Assembly (NCBI GenBank): GCA_025558095.1
Contig: JAIVFI010000041.1
Coordinates: 248,001 to 312,000, forward strand
DNA length: 64,000 nucleotides
From: Hyaloraphidium curvatum SAG 235-1
Taxonomy: Eukaryota; Fungi; Monoblepharomycota
Direction of reading: 5' to 3'
Shown: positions 46,921-58,431 of the stretch, piece after piece
Numbering within the stretch: position 1 is the first letter of the stretch
Layout of the letters: every line of letters starts with the position of its first letter
Translations under genes and position numbers: made by a program
Notes under the pieces: model-generated
Database searches by the model: none
Seen by the model: only the letters and a program-made list of their open reading frames with translations
What the model was told of the DNA's origin: nothing

Positions 46921-47098
46921 ATGCGGATCGGCTCTGTCTTGCCTACTGGGTGCGCTTTATTTCGATGGATTGTGTGTGTAGACGAGCCCGAGCGGCGCCG
47001 GCGTGCGCTGACCGCGGCTCCCGAAAAATGGTGACTGGTCATTCGTGTATGCCATTGATCTGTCAGAATATCTCAAAAAAGTCCAGTTCAAGCGCTTG

Positions 47099-48064
47099 CT
47101 ACAGGCCGGTTGGATGCCTCGAAGTCCATTCCATGTGACGCTCGGCGACGCGTCGTCGCTGCGATGAGCTGGGGAAGATCACGTCCATGCCCCCGTCATA
47201 AGGGTGGGCCAACCAAGCGAGGTCCGCAGGCGCAATGATGCTGCCTTCCGATTCTCCCTCCGCCGCCGCGAGGAGGATCGAATCGACGCCCTCGGATCCC
47301 GGAATGATCTCTGTCACGGCAAGGTGGGCAAAGAGGATGGACGGGGCCGCATGGGGCCATCTGACCGTCGCCCACCAAGGCCCGGGTGGTGGCGGCAAAG
47401 GTCTCGGCATGATGCTCCTGGAAATGTGGAGGTCCGCGGCCGGGGGTCGCGGCAGGTCCGAGAGGATCGCGCGGAGGCGGCGGAGGATCTCGGTGCGGTC
47501 GGAGTCCGAAGCGGGGATCCTGCGGGCTCCAGGGAGGGCGTGGAAGCGCACGTGGCCGTCCGGGTAGGCTGCGCGGAGGTCTTCGCCGAACGAAGGGGTG
47601 CGGGGCCAGAGGCGTCTCCAGGTGTCGGCCAGGGAGTGGCGCGAAGCGACCCGCCACGCGCCAGGCGGGTCACTCAAGGCGCCGGAATCCAGCAGCTCGA
47701 CGAGCTGCGAACCGTGAGGATCGCGAATCGCTGCCGTCGAGGGGTCCGCGTAGACCGCAACGAGGTCCCCATCCGCCCAGAGCGTCTGTCCGAGTTCTCC
47801 AAGCAGACTCGAGTCTCGAGAAACATCCGCTCCATCAGAACGATTCTCCAAAGAGGTCTGAACAGCCACCAGCTCCTTCCTCGAGACGCTTCGCGTCCCC
47901 GTCGAGCGGAAGTCCCCGAGCGTCCCCAGCACCGCTTCCCAAAGGCGGCTGCCGCCATACACGGACGTGGCACGCAGAAACACGAGATCCCCCGTAACAG
48001 ATGAGCGCGTCGCACGCCACGCAAGGCCGAAGCAGGCCCCGGTGGCCCTTGCGGCGCGCTCCAT
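47099..48064 (-). CDS. DUF3885-like (actinobacterial-type) protein with N-terminal extension
   Basis: Motifs LRAAYPDGHVRFHALP, EILRR, WLAHPYDGGMDV and C-terminal EWTSRHPTGL. Intronless; the start is uncertain. Confidence 0.7.
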   Translation of the reverse strand: MERAARATGACFGLAWRATRSSVTGDLVFLRATSVYGGSRLWEAVLGTLGDFRSTGTRSVSRKELVAVQTSLENRSDGADVSRDSSLLGELGQTLWADGDLVAVYADPSTAAIRDPHGSQLVELLDSGALSDPPGAWRVASRHSLADTWRRLWPRTPSFGEDLRAAYPDGHVRFHALPGARRIPASDSDRTEILRRLRAILSDLPRPPAADLHISRSIMPRPLPPPPGPWWATVRWPHAAPSILFAHLAVTEIIPGSEGVDSILLAAAEGESEGSIIAPADLAWLAHPYDGGMDVIFPSSSQRRRVAERHMEWTSRHPTGL

Positions 48065-48435
48065 TGGTCATTGATTCGTTTGTTTACGAGGGAACGCGCG
48101 TCACGCCCTTGGACCACCAAATCGAACGAATCAGGCCAGCAAGTGCGAGATCGGCATTGTTACTCAACGCTGATGCCGACCCAGATCGTCTTGCCGCCGC
48201 AGATAGGCTTTACGGCGGTTTCCACGCCCCGAAGTGCGTCTTACAAAGCCGGCCCTGGGCCTGGACCCTCGCTTCGCACCTTCAAAAGCGCCCGACTCCG
48301 GGGCCAGTCTGACAAAGCATCTGCTCCGGAGCCGCCACTGCCACTCGCGAAACCGCGTATCGCTTTCCTCCCCGCGCCGTCCGGGGACCCCACAACCCAC
48401 AACCGCTTTCGGAGGAACAACACCGCGCCGGAACC

Positions 48436-49554
48436 ATGTCGCCCGTTGCCGTCGACTCGTCGTGCCAGCGGCCCAACCCCGTCACGGAGGTCAAGGCCAT
48501 CTTCGAGCCCGTCACCGCGACGTGCCAATACGTCGTGACCGACCCCGCGACCAAGGCCTCGGTCATCATCGACCCCGTGCTGGACTACGACCCCGTCTCG
48601 GGCAAGGTGACCACCAAGTCGGCCGACGAGGTTCTCGCCTACGTGGCCGAGAAGGGGCTCAAGGTCGAGAGGATCATCGAGACGCACATGCACGCGGACC
48701 ACCTGACCTCGGCGCAGTGGGTCGCCCCCTTGGGAGCGGTGTCGAGTCCCGTCTGACCGGTCGCCCCCGCCCAGGTACCTGAAGACCATGCTGGGAAGGC
48801 AGGGCACCCACGGCCTCGACGGAAAATCGGCCCCCGTGACCTGCATCGGCGAGCGCATCACGGTCGTCCAGGAAACCTTCGCCAAGATCTTCCGGATCCC
48901 CGAGAGCGAGATGGCACGCGACGGCTCGCAGTTCGACGTCCTCTGGAAAGACGGCGAGATGTTCAAGCTCGGCAACCTGGACTGCAAGGTGTTCTTCACC
49001 CCGGGCCACACGCCCGCGTGCTCGACGGTGCAGATCGGACCGGACGCCGCCTTCTGCGGCGACACCATCTTCCTGCCCGACGTGGGGTCGGCGAGGTGCG
49101 ATTTCCCCAAGGGGAGCGCAGAGACGCTGTACAAGTCGATCAAGGAGGGGCTGTTTGGGCTGCCGGACTCCGTGCGGATCTACGTCGGGTGCGTCGCCTT
49201 GCTCATGCTTTCCGCGTTCCGCGAGCTGATCTTTTCCGGGCAACCAGACACGACTACCCGCCCGTCGACGCCGACTCTAAGAAGCCCGCGCGCGACCCCG
49301 CCTTCTGCTCCACCGTCGGCGCGCAAAAGACCGAGAACAAGCAGATCAACGCCGAGACCCCCCTCGACGCCTTCGTCGAGTGGCGCCACGGCCGCGACAA
49401 GACCCTCGGGAAGCCGCGGCTGCTGTACCAGTCGCTGCAGGTCAACATGCGGGGCGGGAGGTTCCCGACGAGGAAGATGGAGGGGGAGGACGGGGAGCTG
49501 ATCGCGCTGATTATGCCGGTGGAGATGCCGGCGGGGTTCGGGGCCGCGTTCTGA
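48436..49554 (+). CDS. Metallo-beta-lactamase-fold persulfide dioxygenase (ETHE1/SdoA/Blh-like)
   Basis: Motifs IIDPVLDYD, ETHMHADHLT, TPGHTPAC, GDTIFLPDVGSARCDFP and G|HDYPP. Two introns. Confidence 0.92.
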
Positions 49555-49993
49555 GCTCGTCAGGGGGGGAGCGCCGACGGGTTGTAGCGCACGGCCCGTG
49601 TATCATACAGAAGCTTTGATTTTGCACTAGATTCTGGTAATCGTTTTCGATCGGGTTTCTCGAGGCGGGAATCCGGTCCGGCGAAGAGCGCGGTGACAAC
49701 GTAGGTTGACGCACAGATGGTCACCCTCCAAGCTTTGGCATTTTCTAAAGCAATGGCGACACCCGTTTTGGCCGTCGATGGGGATGCTTTGGGAGGGCGG
49801 GAGGAGTCGGGGGCGGAGCGACGAGCAGCCGCAGCAGTACTCACCTGAGCACCCTTCGGACCCAAAAAGGCAACCGCTTCCCGACAACTTCCCGCCCCCA
49901 TCGCGGGTCCTCCCGGCGTCATACGACCGGGATCAACCGCGAAAATGGGCAGCCCGGCAGTGCCGGCCGGCCGCGGCAACTGGCGACGGCCCG

Positions 49994-51647
49994 ATGCCCC
50001 GCACGGTGCCTCCTCGGCGCCCTCTGCACCCGCCCGCCCCGCGCGGCGCCCCGGACTCCTTGCGCTCTGCGCGGCCGCGCTGCTGCTGGCGGCACTGCCC
50101 GCGGCGCTGTCTCAGTCTTCCTCGTCGTCGTCGGCCACGGGATCGCGCACGGGCAGCTCGACCGGCACGTCCTCCGCCTCGGCGACCGGCTCCTCTGCGG
50201 CAACCTCCTCCGCCGCCTCGGCCGCATCGCAGACCGGCTCCGCGCAGCCGACGCGCACGCCCATCGGCTCGCCGCCGTCGCTCGCCGCGCCGTTCCCGCT
50301 GCAGGTCGACACGAGCCAGCGGCCAAACTGCACCTCCATCAACGCCGCCTGCCCCGCCTCGGCCCCCTGCTGCAGGGACGGCTGGTGCGACTCGTCGCCG
50401 TACTTCTGCGGCGTGCACTGCGAGCCCCTCAACTCGTTCTCGATCCGCTCGTGCTACGCACGCTACCCCTGCTTCTCCTACACGGACGACTTTGACAACC
50501 GCACGCGGCTCGGTGGGTTGCGGGCCCGCCCCCCCTTGCATCGCATCTGCCTGACGCCTCTCGTCCCTTCCAGTCAAGGCGTCGGACTGGGACGGCGACC
50601 CACTGACCGCCGAGTGGATCTCGATCTTCGAGCCCAACCACGCCGAGATCAAGGACGGCCACCTCGTCATGCGCGTGTTCCGCGCGCCGGGCCTCAACAG
50701 CTTCGGCAGGCCCGAGGGCTTCGGCGCCTCGGTCGCGTCGTCGCGGTGGATCCAGTACGGGTACATCACCGCGAGCATCCGGACCGCCCGCGGCGGCGGC
50801 ATCGTCACGGCCTTTATCGTGGGTTTCCTACCCTCACGCTTTGCGAACCGCATCCAACCCATCGTCCCCGCAGACCCGCGGCTCCGACGGCGCCCCCGAC
50901 ATGGTCGAGGACGAGATCGACTTCGAGGCCGTGGGCAAGAACCTCAAGGGCGTCTACACGAACTACTTCTCCTACGGCGACCTCGTCTACAACCACGGCT
51001 CCACCGACGACTTCACCGAGGACACCTCGGCCGGCTTCCACACCTACAGGATCGTCTGGATGCCCGACTACATCCAGTGGATCGTGGACAACCGCGTGCT
51101 GAGGACGACGTACAAGAACACGACCTGGGACGAGGGGTGCAGGTGCTACAAGTACCCGACCCGCGAGGCCAGGATCGCCTTCTCGATCTGGGACGGCGGG
51201 ATGGGCGCCGAGGGGACGGCGTGGTGGGCGGGCGGGCCCACGGACTGGAGCAGGGACGACAACCCGGACTACACCATGGAGGTCGACTGGTGCGTCGTTC
51301 TCCTCCCCCCCGCCCCGCACGTGCTGAACTGTCGCGTCTCCAGGGTCGACATCGGGTGCTACTACAAGGGCAACAACTCGATCGTCTTTTCGGGCCGCAA
51401 CTCGTCCCTCCTTGCCTCCCGGACCACTGCCACCGCGTCCACCTCGACCCGGTGGACCGTCCGCCCCGCCGCGACCTACGTCAACGGCGGCAGGCTGGAC
51501 CCGGGGATGAACGGGACCAACGGGACGCTGGTGCTGGTGATGCCGGACAGGACGGCCGGGGCGGGACCGGTGGGGACGGGGGCGGCGTGGGCGGCGCTGC
51601 TTGGGGTTGTGGTGGCGGTGCTGGCGATGCTGATGGGGAACGCGTGA
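49994..51647 (+). CDS. GH16 chitin transglycosylase (Crh/Utr2-like) with CBM18-like domain and probable GPI signal
   Basis: Signal peptide, Ser-rich linker, CPASAPCC.DGWC....FC, GGGIVTAFI, catalytic EIDFE, FHTY.I.W, SIWDGG and WAGG, with a hydrophobic C-terminus. Confidence 0.92.
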
Positions 51648-51974
51648 TTATGGGAAGTATGTCTGGTAATGCCGCGCTGATATAGAGCTGTTTATTGGGA
51701 ACGATTTGCGCCTGGAGAAGGGGGCCGGCTTCGCGATGGCCAGCGCGACCGGGTCCCCTCAACGGGCCGGCTCTCCTCCGGCCCGGAACGCCCGGCAACA
51801 TCGTGCCGCATTCCCGACTGAGCTCGGCGCGGGCGATTTGATTGACGGGACTCCAGTACACCATACACCTATGCTTGCTCTCGCGCGGGCGACTTCACTT
51901 CTGCTTTGGGTGGGGCACACATCCCTCTCCCTTCCCTACCCATCTCGTCTTGCCACGGGCTTGGGCCTCGCAGC

Positions 51975-52754
51975 TCACACCTTGAACGGATGCGTGGCTG
52001 TCCCGTCACAAGGTCAGATCCGGTCCGGCCGGCCGAGGGGAGCGCACCCACCGACGGACCCGCACCCGGTGAACACCGCAAAACTTGTAAACCCGCGCGC
52101 GCAAGTCACGAAGCGGCCGGTACCCCGCGTGCACTGCGCGGGGCGGGAGGGGTCGGGGTAGGCGCGCGGGTTGCTCTGGGAGGCCGGCGTGAGCGCGGCC
52201 GGGGGAGCCGATTGTGGGTCACTTACGATGCGGTAGAACCAGAACCAGATGGTGGCCATGCTGGCGTCCTGGAACCTTTGGGGCGAGGGGCGGACGACGC
52301 GGGCGGGGCATCTGTCGCCGGCCTGGTCGTACGACGCCCGGACGTGCCAGCCGGCGTAGGGCCGCGTTGAGTTGCTGACGGTCCAGCCCATGATGCCCCC
52401 GACGACCGGCAGAGTGTTGTTGTCGTAGCACCACCGCTTGACCCACTCGCCGCCCGAGCCGAATCGGGTGCAGGGCGCCGAGTCGCGGGTGAAGTAGCGG
52501 TTGCCGAGGCGGGCGCAGGAGAGGAAGGAGGTGGTGCTGACGAGGAAGCGCGAGCCCAGAGCGGTGCCTGACGGAGTCGGCGGGCAGTGTGAGCGGGGCG
52601 GGGCGGGCGGCGGGCCGCGCCCACGGTTGCGGCACTGCACGAGGCTGGGGAAGTACAAGTTGGTCGTGATTGTGGCGAGCGCGCCCGCGGCCGGCGCCGG
52701 CGCGGTGAGCAGGGCGGCCGCGAGGGCGGCAACGAGCAGCGCAGGGCGCGCCAT
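51975..52754 (-). CDS. Small secreted Cys/Trp-rich protein (multi-exon)
   Basis: Signal peptide MARPALLVAALAAALLTAPAPAAG and introns including a GTAAGT donor near 52225. The 3' end is uncertain. Confidence 0.6.
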
Positions 52755-53169
52755 CGCGGCGGGAGCGGCCGGGCGGGCGTGCGCGGGGGTGGTGAGGGCC
52801 GATGGGGCGCAGTTATTGGCTGACTGGCTGGCTGACGCTTGCTATTGTAGGAGCTGTTCTTGAGCGGATGGACGTGCCGATCGATCGGCAAAAAGGCCGC
52901 GCGCCGATTCCTCGACATCGAAGGACCAAGGTGCCCCGGGTGTCGGGCGACGAACCCGGATGGACCGCGCGGGTGGACGTGGGAGAAGCGCCCAGGAGGG
53001 CGATATTGCTGTGGAGCCGCGTTTAGCGCTCGATGGCATAGGCTGGGCGGTTCAGAAATTGTTCCTCGGCCGAGGACTCGTCGTCGAGGATGCGGCGCCG
53101 GCATGCGATGTCGTCGATGTCGCACCGCACCGCAAAGCTGTCGACAGCAACCTGCACGAATGAACGATC

Positions 53170-53881
53170 CGTCAGCGGCGGCGAGGAGCTGCTCCCGGCG
53201 CCGCCTCTGCTCCGCCGCGGCTCGGGAGCGCGTTGCCCTCATCTCAGTGCCGCCACGAACGGGAAGCAAGACCTTTTGAGGACGTTTAGCTCGTGGACTT
53301 GGGCAAGTCCGGACTTGACCAAAACCCGGACTGGCGATTCGCAGGTCCAGACTCAGGAAGTCCGGGCTCTGCCGCGCGAAACGTGTCCGGGACTTGAGGG
53401 GAACCAACTAACCTCGAGATGCAAGTCTCAAGCAGGCCCGCCGTCCTTCGACAGCTCAACGGTCTTTCCTCTCGTTCTTCACGAGACACTTCGCTGCAAG
53501 CTTTCCGGCCCCGAACGACTCGATGACCAGGGCCTTCAAGCCCGGAGCGACCTTGGAACGACCGCGAGCTGCCTGACCGTCCACGCGAGGCCCGCTTCGA
53601 TCTTGAGCTTCCGAACATGCCTGCCGACCTGTCGGATCCCCGGCGTACGAGAAGCCGCACTCCAAGAGGTCCAGCTTCTGTGCGCCGAACGAAGCAGGCT
53701 TTACTCGCGAGCACTCCAGCAGCGTCTTGGTCCACCATCGGCGGCCGAGGGTATCGAACACGGCAGCGAGCAGTTCATTGGTGAAGAGCGCCAGGTCATC
53801 GGGGATGCTCTCGACCGCGGCGAGGAGCTGCTCCGGGCGCAACCTCTGCTCTGCAGCGACACGGGCGCGCGTCGTCCTCAT
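53170..53881 (-). pseudogene. Frameshifted paralog of the 55150-56406 F-box-like gene, plus a second truncated 5' copy at 53242
   Basis: Pieces FTNELLAAVFDTL, TLLE, LASKACF, FGAQKLDLLECGFSYAGD, VRKLKIEAGLAW and PGLKAL lie in different frames. The start MRTTRARVAAEQRLRPEQLLAA (53881) is duplicated as MRATRSRAAAEQRRRREQLLAA (53242). Confidence 0.75.
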
Positions 53882-53993
53882 CGTTCAGCGGGCGGGAGCG
53901 GAGAGCACGCCCTCGGAGACTGCAGGAGAGGCTCGGCCCGACCGTACCGGGTCGGAACCTCCGATCCCTTGGCCAACAAAGTCCGCCATAAAA

Positions 53994-55021
53994 ATGTCCC
54001 CCTTCGTTCGGGCCGTGTTAGGAGCCAATGCGCTGCTCGACGCGTGGCTGGCGCTCGACCTGCCGGGCTCACGAGCAAACGTCGGCGGCTCCTTCCCCGG
54101 GCTGTCGGCCGACGGCGTCCGCACGCTTGAAGCCTCGCTCGCCGCTTACGCGCTGATCCGGGGATACGCCGCTCTCGACTTCTCGCCCGGCGCAAGGCGA
54201 GCAGCCCAGCTGTCTTATGTCGCGGAGATGCTGCTGCCGGTGCTGCTGAAGCAGTACTTTAACAAAAAGGCGCTGGCGAACGTCGTGGCGCTGCCGGCGG
54301 TGCTCATCGTCGCCATCGAGCTCGCCGGGCGCGCGGCGTCGCGGCTCGCCAAAGACGCCCATGCCGTGTCGACGCCGGCCGCGCTCAGGGCGCTATACAA
54401 GCCGCCGTCGCAGCTGGTCCTCAAGAAGGTGCGTCAAAGCAACGTCGAACACTCAACGATGTCCAACCGCCCGCCTTCCACCAGGTCGCAAAGTCGCTGG
54501 ACGCGAAATCCACCGCCTTCATCTCCAACTCTCCCTTCTTCATCCTCGGCACCGTCGGCCCCCGCGGCGTGCACGCCACCCCCCGCGGCGACCCCCTGGG
54601 TGCCGTGCAGGTCCTCTCCCCGACCACCATCGGCTTCGGCGACCGCCGCGGGAACAACCGCCTGGACGGGCTGCGCGACATCGTCGACGACCCGCACGTC
54701 GCCCTGCTGTTCCTGATCCCTGGTGTAACCGAGACCCTGCGCATCAACGGGCTCGCGAGGATCACAACGGACCCGGCGCTCCGCGCGCGGTTCGAGTGCG
54801 AGGGCAAGCAGCCCACGACCGTGGTCGTTGTGCACATCTCCGAGGTCTTCATGCAGTGCGCCAAGGCGCTGATGCGGTCCAAGCTGTGGGGGGAGAGGAA
54901 GAGGCCGGAGGACGTGCCGACGATGGGGGAGATGATCGAGGAGCACATGAACGGGGAGGTCAAGGCGGTGGACGTGGACAAGATGATTACCCCGGAGTCG
55001 ATGCGCGAGACAATGTACTGA
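53994..55021 (+). CDS. Fusion of an N-terminal membrane domain and an MSMEG_1061-type pyridoxamine-phosphate-oxidase-like FMN-binding domain
   Basis: Three to four hydrophobic helices, then LRALY..P..LVLKK|, SPF..LGT, TPRGD, DRRGNNRLD, LLFLIPGVTETLRING and QCAKALMRSKLW. Intron at about 54429-54485. Confidence 0.85.
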
Positions 55022-55149
55022 GTGGGCTTTTGGGCGAGAGATTGATTATGTGTGCGGTGATTGAGAACGGCTCCACTCGCTAATGCCCTAACTCTGCAAA
55101 GCCCTGAACTTCGGCCTCGTAGCTTCGACGACGGTGAAGCCGAAGAGCT

Positions 55150-56406
55150 CTACATCGACCACGGTTCCGTCATCTGCGCCTCCGGCACCCACTTGACGCC
55201 GATCGACTCCCAAAAGGCCACCTCCCTCCTGTACAGCGGGCACTGCGCATCGCTTTCGGTCACGTCCTCGTCCAGGGTCCCCAGCAGCTCGGCGATGCCC
55301 GCCCGAGCGAACCATTCGCGCATGCGGCCGCGCCTTTCGTTCTCCTTGGGCCAGTACGCGCGGGAGAGCGGCCTGTACCGGCGGAGCACGAGGCGCTTGA
55401 GCCCGCGCGGCTGGTTGTCGGAGTTGGTGCTGACCATCTCCACGTCGGAGAACTCGACGTCGGCGAGTTCCAACTCCTCCACCCCGAGCCGCGTGAGCAC
55501 GTTCCAGTCCGCCAACCTGATTATCGGGGTGCGGAAGGACGACAAGCGTGTGACGGTCATCCCGTGCTTGCCGCTAAAGATCAGAACGTCAGGCCACCCG
55601 CAACCGGAGACATGATAGACCTTTCCGAGAATGGCAGGATGCCAATCCAACTTTGCGAGGTTCGGGCGTTCGAAGTGGATCCTCTGCAGCTGATTGCCGC
55701 TGCCTGCAAGCATCGCTTTGATTCCAGATTCGTTCCGCACGGTCCCGTTTGGCGCGTCATCGACACAGAGGACGAAGTCGGCGACGGACTGCGGGAAGCC
55801 GGAAACGCCGCCAAACGCGTCCGCGGCGTCCCTCTTGAGGCGCAGCCTCAGCCATTTGAGCTCACGAGCGTCCTTGAGCATTGTCCAAAGGGTGGAAGTG
55901 ACCTTGGCCCCGTGGAGCTCCATGTCCAGCCGCTCCACGCCCGGCAGAATCTTTTGAAGCACCTTGAGTCTCTTGGTCGACCACTTGATGCCGGGAGAAA
56001 TCCTCAACTTGCGAACGAGGCGCGTCGAGGAGTCTCCATGGAAGGTGAAACGAGGCGCGTCGAGGAGTCTCCGTGGAAGGTGAACCCCCGCGCGAGGAGC
56101 TCGAGCTTCTCCTCGCCAAAGTCGGCGCGCGGCCCGAGCACGAGCTCCCCCCGCCAGGCCCCGCAGGCCGAGGACGTAGCACGCCTTGCTCGCAAGCATG
56201 AATTCGAGCAGCGTCGCCTTCCAGCCGCGGTGGGCGAGGCTATCCACTACGACAGACAGCAGTTCGTTTGGGAGGGTTGGCGCTTGCACCGGCGGGTCCT
56301 CGTTCGCGGCGAGCACCGGCTGCGGCGTGCCGGCAGGACCAGCAAGTGTGGAGACCGCAGCAGCATCGGCGGAGCGCGTTCTGGCAGTCTTCTTTCCGCG
56401 CGGCAT
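55150..56406 (-). CDS. F-box-like / LRR-like hypothetical protein
   Basis: F-box-like start LPNELLSVVVDSL and LxxLxL-type segments. The ORF is intact but contains an internal frame-shifted segment. Confidence 0.6.
   Translation of the reverse strand: MPRGKKTARTRSADAAAVSTLAGPAGTPQPVLAANEDPPVQAPTLPNELLSVVVDSLAHRGWKATLLEFMLASKACYVLGLRGLAGGARARAARRLWRGEARAPRAGVHLPRRLLDAPRFTFHGDSSTRLVRKLRISPGIKWSTKRLKVLQKILPGVERLDMELHGAKVTSTLWTMLKDARELKWLRLRLKRDAADAFGGVSGFPQSVADFVLCVDDAPNGTVRNESGIKAMLAGSGNQLQRIHFERPNLAKLDWHPAILGKVYHVSGCGWPDVLIFSGKHGMTVTRLSSFRTPIIRLADWNVLTRLGVEELELADVEFSDVEMVSTNSDNQPRGLKRLVLRRYRPLSRAYWPKENERRGRMREWFARAGIAELLGTLDEDVTESDAQCPLYRREVAFWESIGVKWVPEAQMTEPWSM
56015..56084. repeat. 35-bp tandem duplication (2 copies, 1 mismatch)
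   Basis: ACGAGGCGCGTCGAGGAGTCTCC(A/G)TGGAAGGTGAA occurs at 56015-56049 and 56050-56084. Confidence 0.95.
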
Positions 56407-56558
56407 GGTCGCCGCGCCGAGTCAACGTTGGCGGTGTGTACGTTGGCGGCCGCCGCGTCTCAAAAGCAGTTCGAGGGGTTTGACGAAGCGCCCGTCGGCT
56501 CGCCGTCGCCAATCTCTAGCGACAGACAACGAAAGGAAGAGCTTAGGATTGAGCGGCG

Positions 56559-58195
56559 ATGACGGACGCGTCGGCGGCGTCCGCCGGGGCCGAGGCCGAC
56601 GAGCCCCGGGCGGCGCCGTTTCAACTGACTCCGTCGGAGTGGGCCGCCGTGTTTCCGCTTCCCCGCTCTGGAGACGCAGCGGGACACGCGCCCTTCTGCG
56701 ACCGGCTGGACGGCCCGGCGGGAGCCCCGAGCGGGCTTGAAAAGGCCCCGCCAATCCCGTCGCACGCCGAAATGGTCGCTGCCCTGCACGAGTCCGGCCT
56801 ACCTTCGAGGCCATCGAGAGGCTTGTCTACGACGCGTTCTGGCTCCATCGGCCGGACTCCGTCCTGGTCCAGCATCTGGTCCTTTTCGCGATCCTCCTCG
56901 CCCTGATCTGCGCTATATACCCGCTGAACGACGGCTCATTCTCCCCGAAGGACATTGCGGCCGGCATTGCCGCTTTCGTCACCCTGCACCTGCTCTGGGT
57001 CACTCTTATGCACTTCTGGTACTGGCTGGCCCTTGGCAAGGGCGATCGCTCGCTGCTGGCCGCGGCCGCGGCACCCCTCGTTAGGTGGCACGACCTCTTG
57101 GTTTGTTCCGACAACAAGACCGCGCCAAGCCCCTTGCTGGCCCACGACCCCGCGGATAAGCTCTGTACCTGCGCGTCGTGCTTCATCAGGGCGGCGGCAG
57201 CGGCTCCCTGGGAGCGAATGGCCCGGGCGCTGGCCCTCCAGACCTTCAACAGCGTGGGGATTTTCTTTACGGTTTGGACGCCGCTGGTCTACTTTGGGGG
57301 GAGGTTCTGGCCACTCTGGTGGGGCCTGTTGCTCGGCATCCTTTTCGGTTGGTTTGCGTGAGAACCGCCCCATGCAAGTTTCGTTAACACTGCACCGCAC
57401 AACAGCCGTCAGCTTGGTTGTCTACAACAACGTCGCTCTCCCCCTCGTGCGGTATTCGCAAGCCAGCATCGTTTTGACCAACCTTCGCACGCGCATGATC
57501 AACCGTGCCGCCAAGCTCGCCCTCGCTTCCTTGCTTGAGCGCGCGCGGCAGGACCTGCTCGCACCTCCTGCCCCCAACCGCTCGCCCAGGGAGCCTGCGC
57601 CGGAGCTCTACACAGTCCTGCATGCTGGATTCGTCGCCGAGTGGCATGAGTCCAGAGGGGCAGCCCCCCCATGGATCCGTTTCGTCGCCTTTCTGAGCCC
57701 TCTCGGCCTCTTGATTGGCACTGTGATCTTCATCGTGCGTGTGCGCTGTCGTTTGCCAACCCAGTGCCCGCCTCAAACCCCCCGATACAGGCCTCCGGCA
57801 CCTGCGTCCCCCTCTGGATCGTCCTCTTCGCGTGCTCCAATGTCTGGCAGGTTTTCAACGACCTCCCCGTCGTCAACAACCAGATCCACTCCGTCGCCGC
57901 CCTCTTCGCGGACGCCCGTCGTGCCCTGGGCCGCCTCCTGGCTCAGGCCGCCGAACTCCCGCCGCATCCGGACCGCCCCGCCACCGAGGCCCGCCTGCGC
58001 GCGCACGAGGGGCTCCTGCGTGCCTGCGGAGAGATCGACGGGCTCAGGGCCACCTTTGTCGGGGTGCCCGTCACGTGGGGCCTGGCGAAGACGTTCCTGG
58101 TGACGGCCCTCACGCTGGCGATCGGACTGTGGAGCTTGTTGAGGGGAGCGGGCGTGTCGTTCACGGTGCAGTCGGTGTGCCCGGTGCAGGCATGA
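56559..58195 (+). CDS. 7-TM membrane protein, family member B (candidate GRL/DUF3537-like), possible frameshift near 56790
   Basis: Motifs FQLTPSEWAAVFP, HDPADKLCTCASC, GTCVPLW and ATFVGVPVTWGLAKTFLVTALTLAIGLWSLLRGAG. Introns at about 57348-57405 and 57735-57790. Confidence 0.7.
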
Positions 58196-58431
58196 GGCGG
58201 TGGAACCAGGGCCCGCTGGCGATTGTGTACAAGCATGCTACCCTCAAAACAAGGACCTTCCATCTGGGTCGACGGATCGGGCGACGACGGCATTGCCAGA
58301 TTGCTTGCCGTGACTCCCATTGTCGAGGGCAATAGCCACGGCGTCTGCTTTTCCCCTCGTCTTCCGTGGAAACGTCTGACGGCCACAGCCACGCAGAGTG
58401 TCTCCCGGGCGTCAGGCACCCCACGCTCGCC

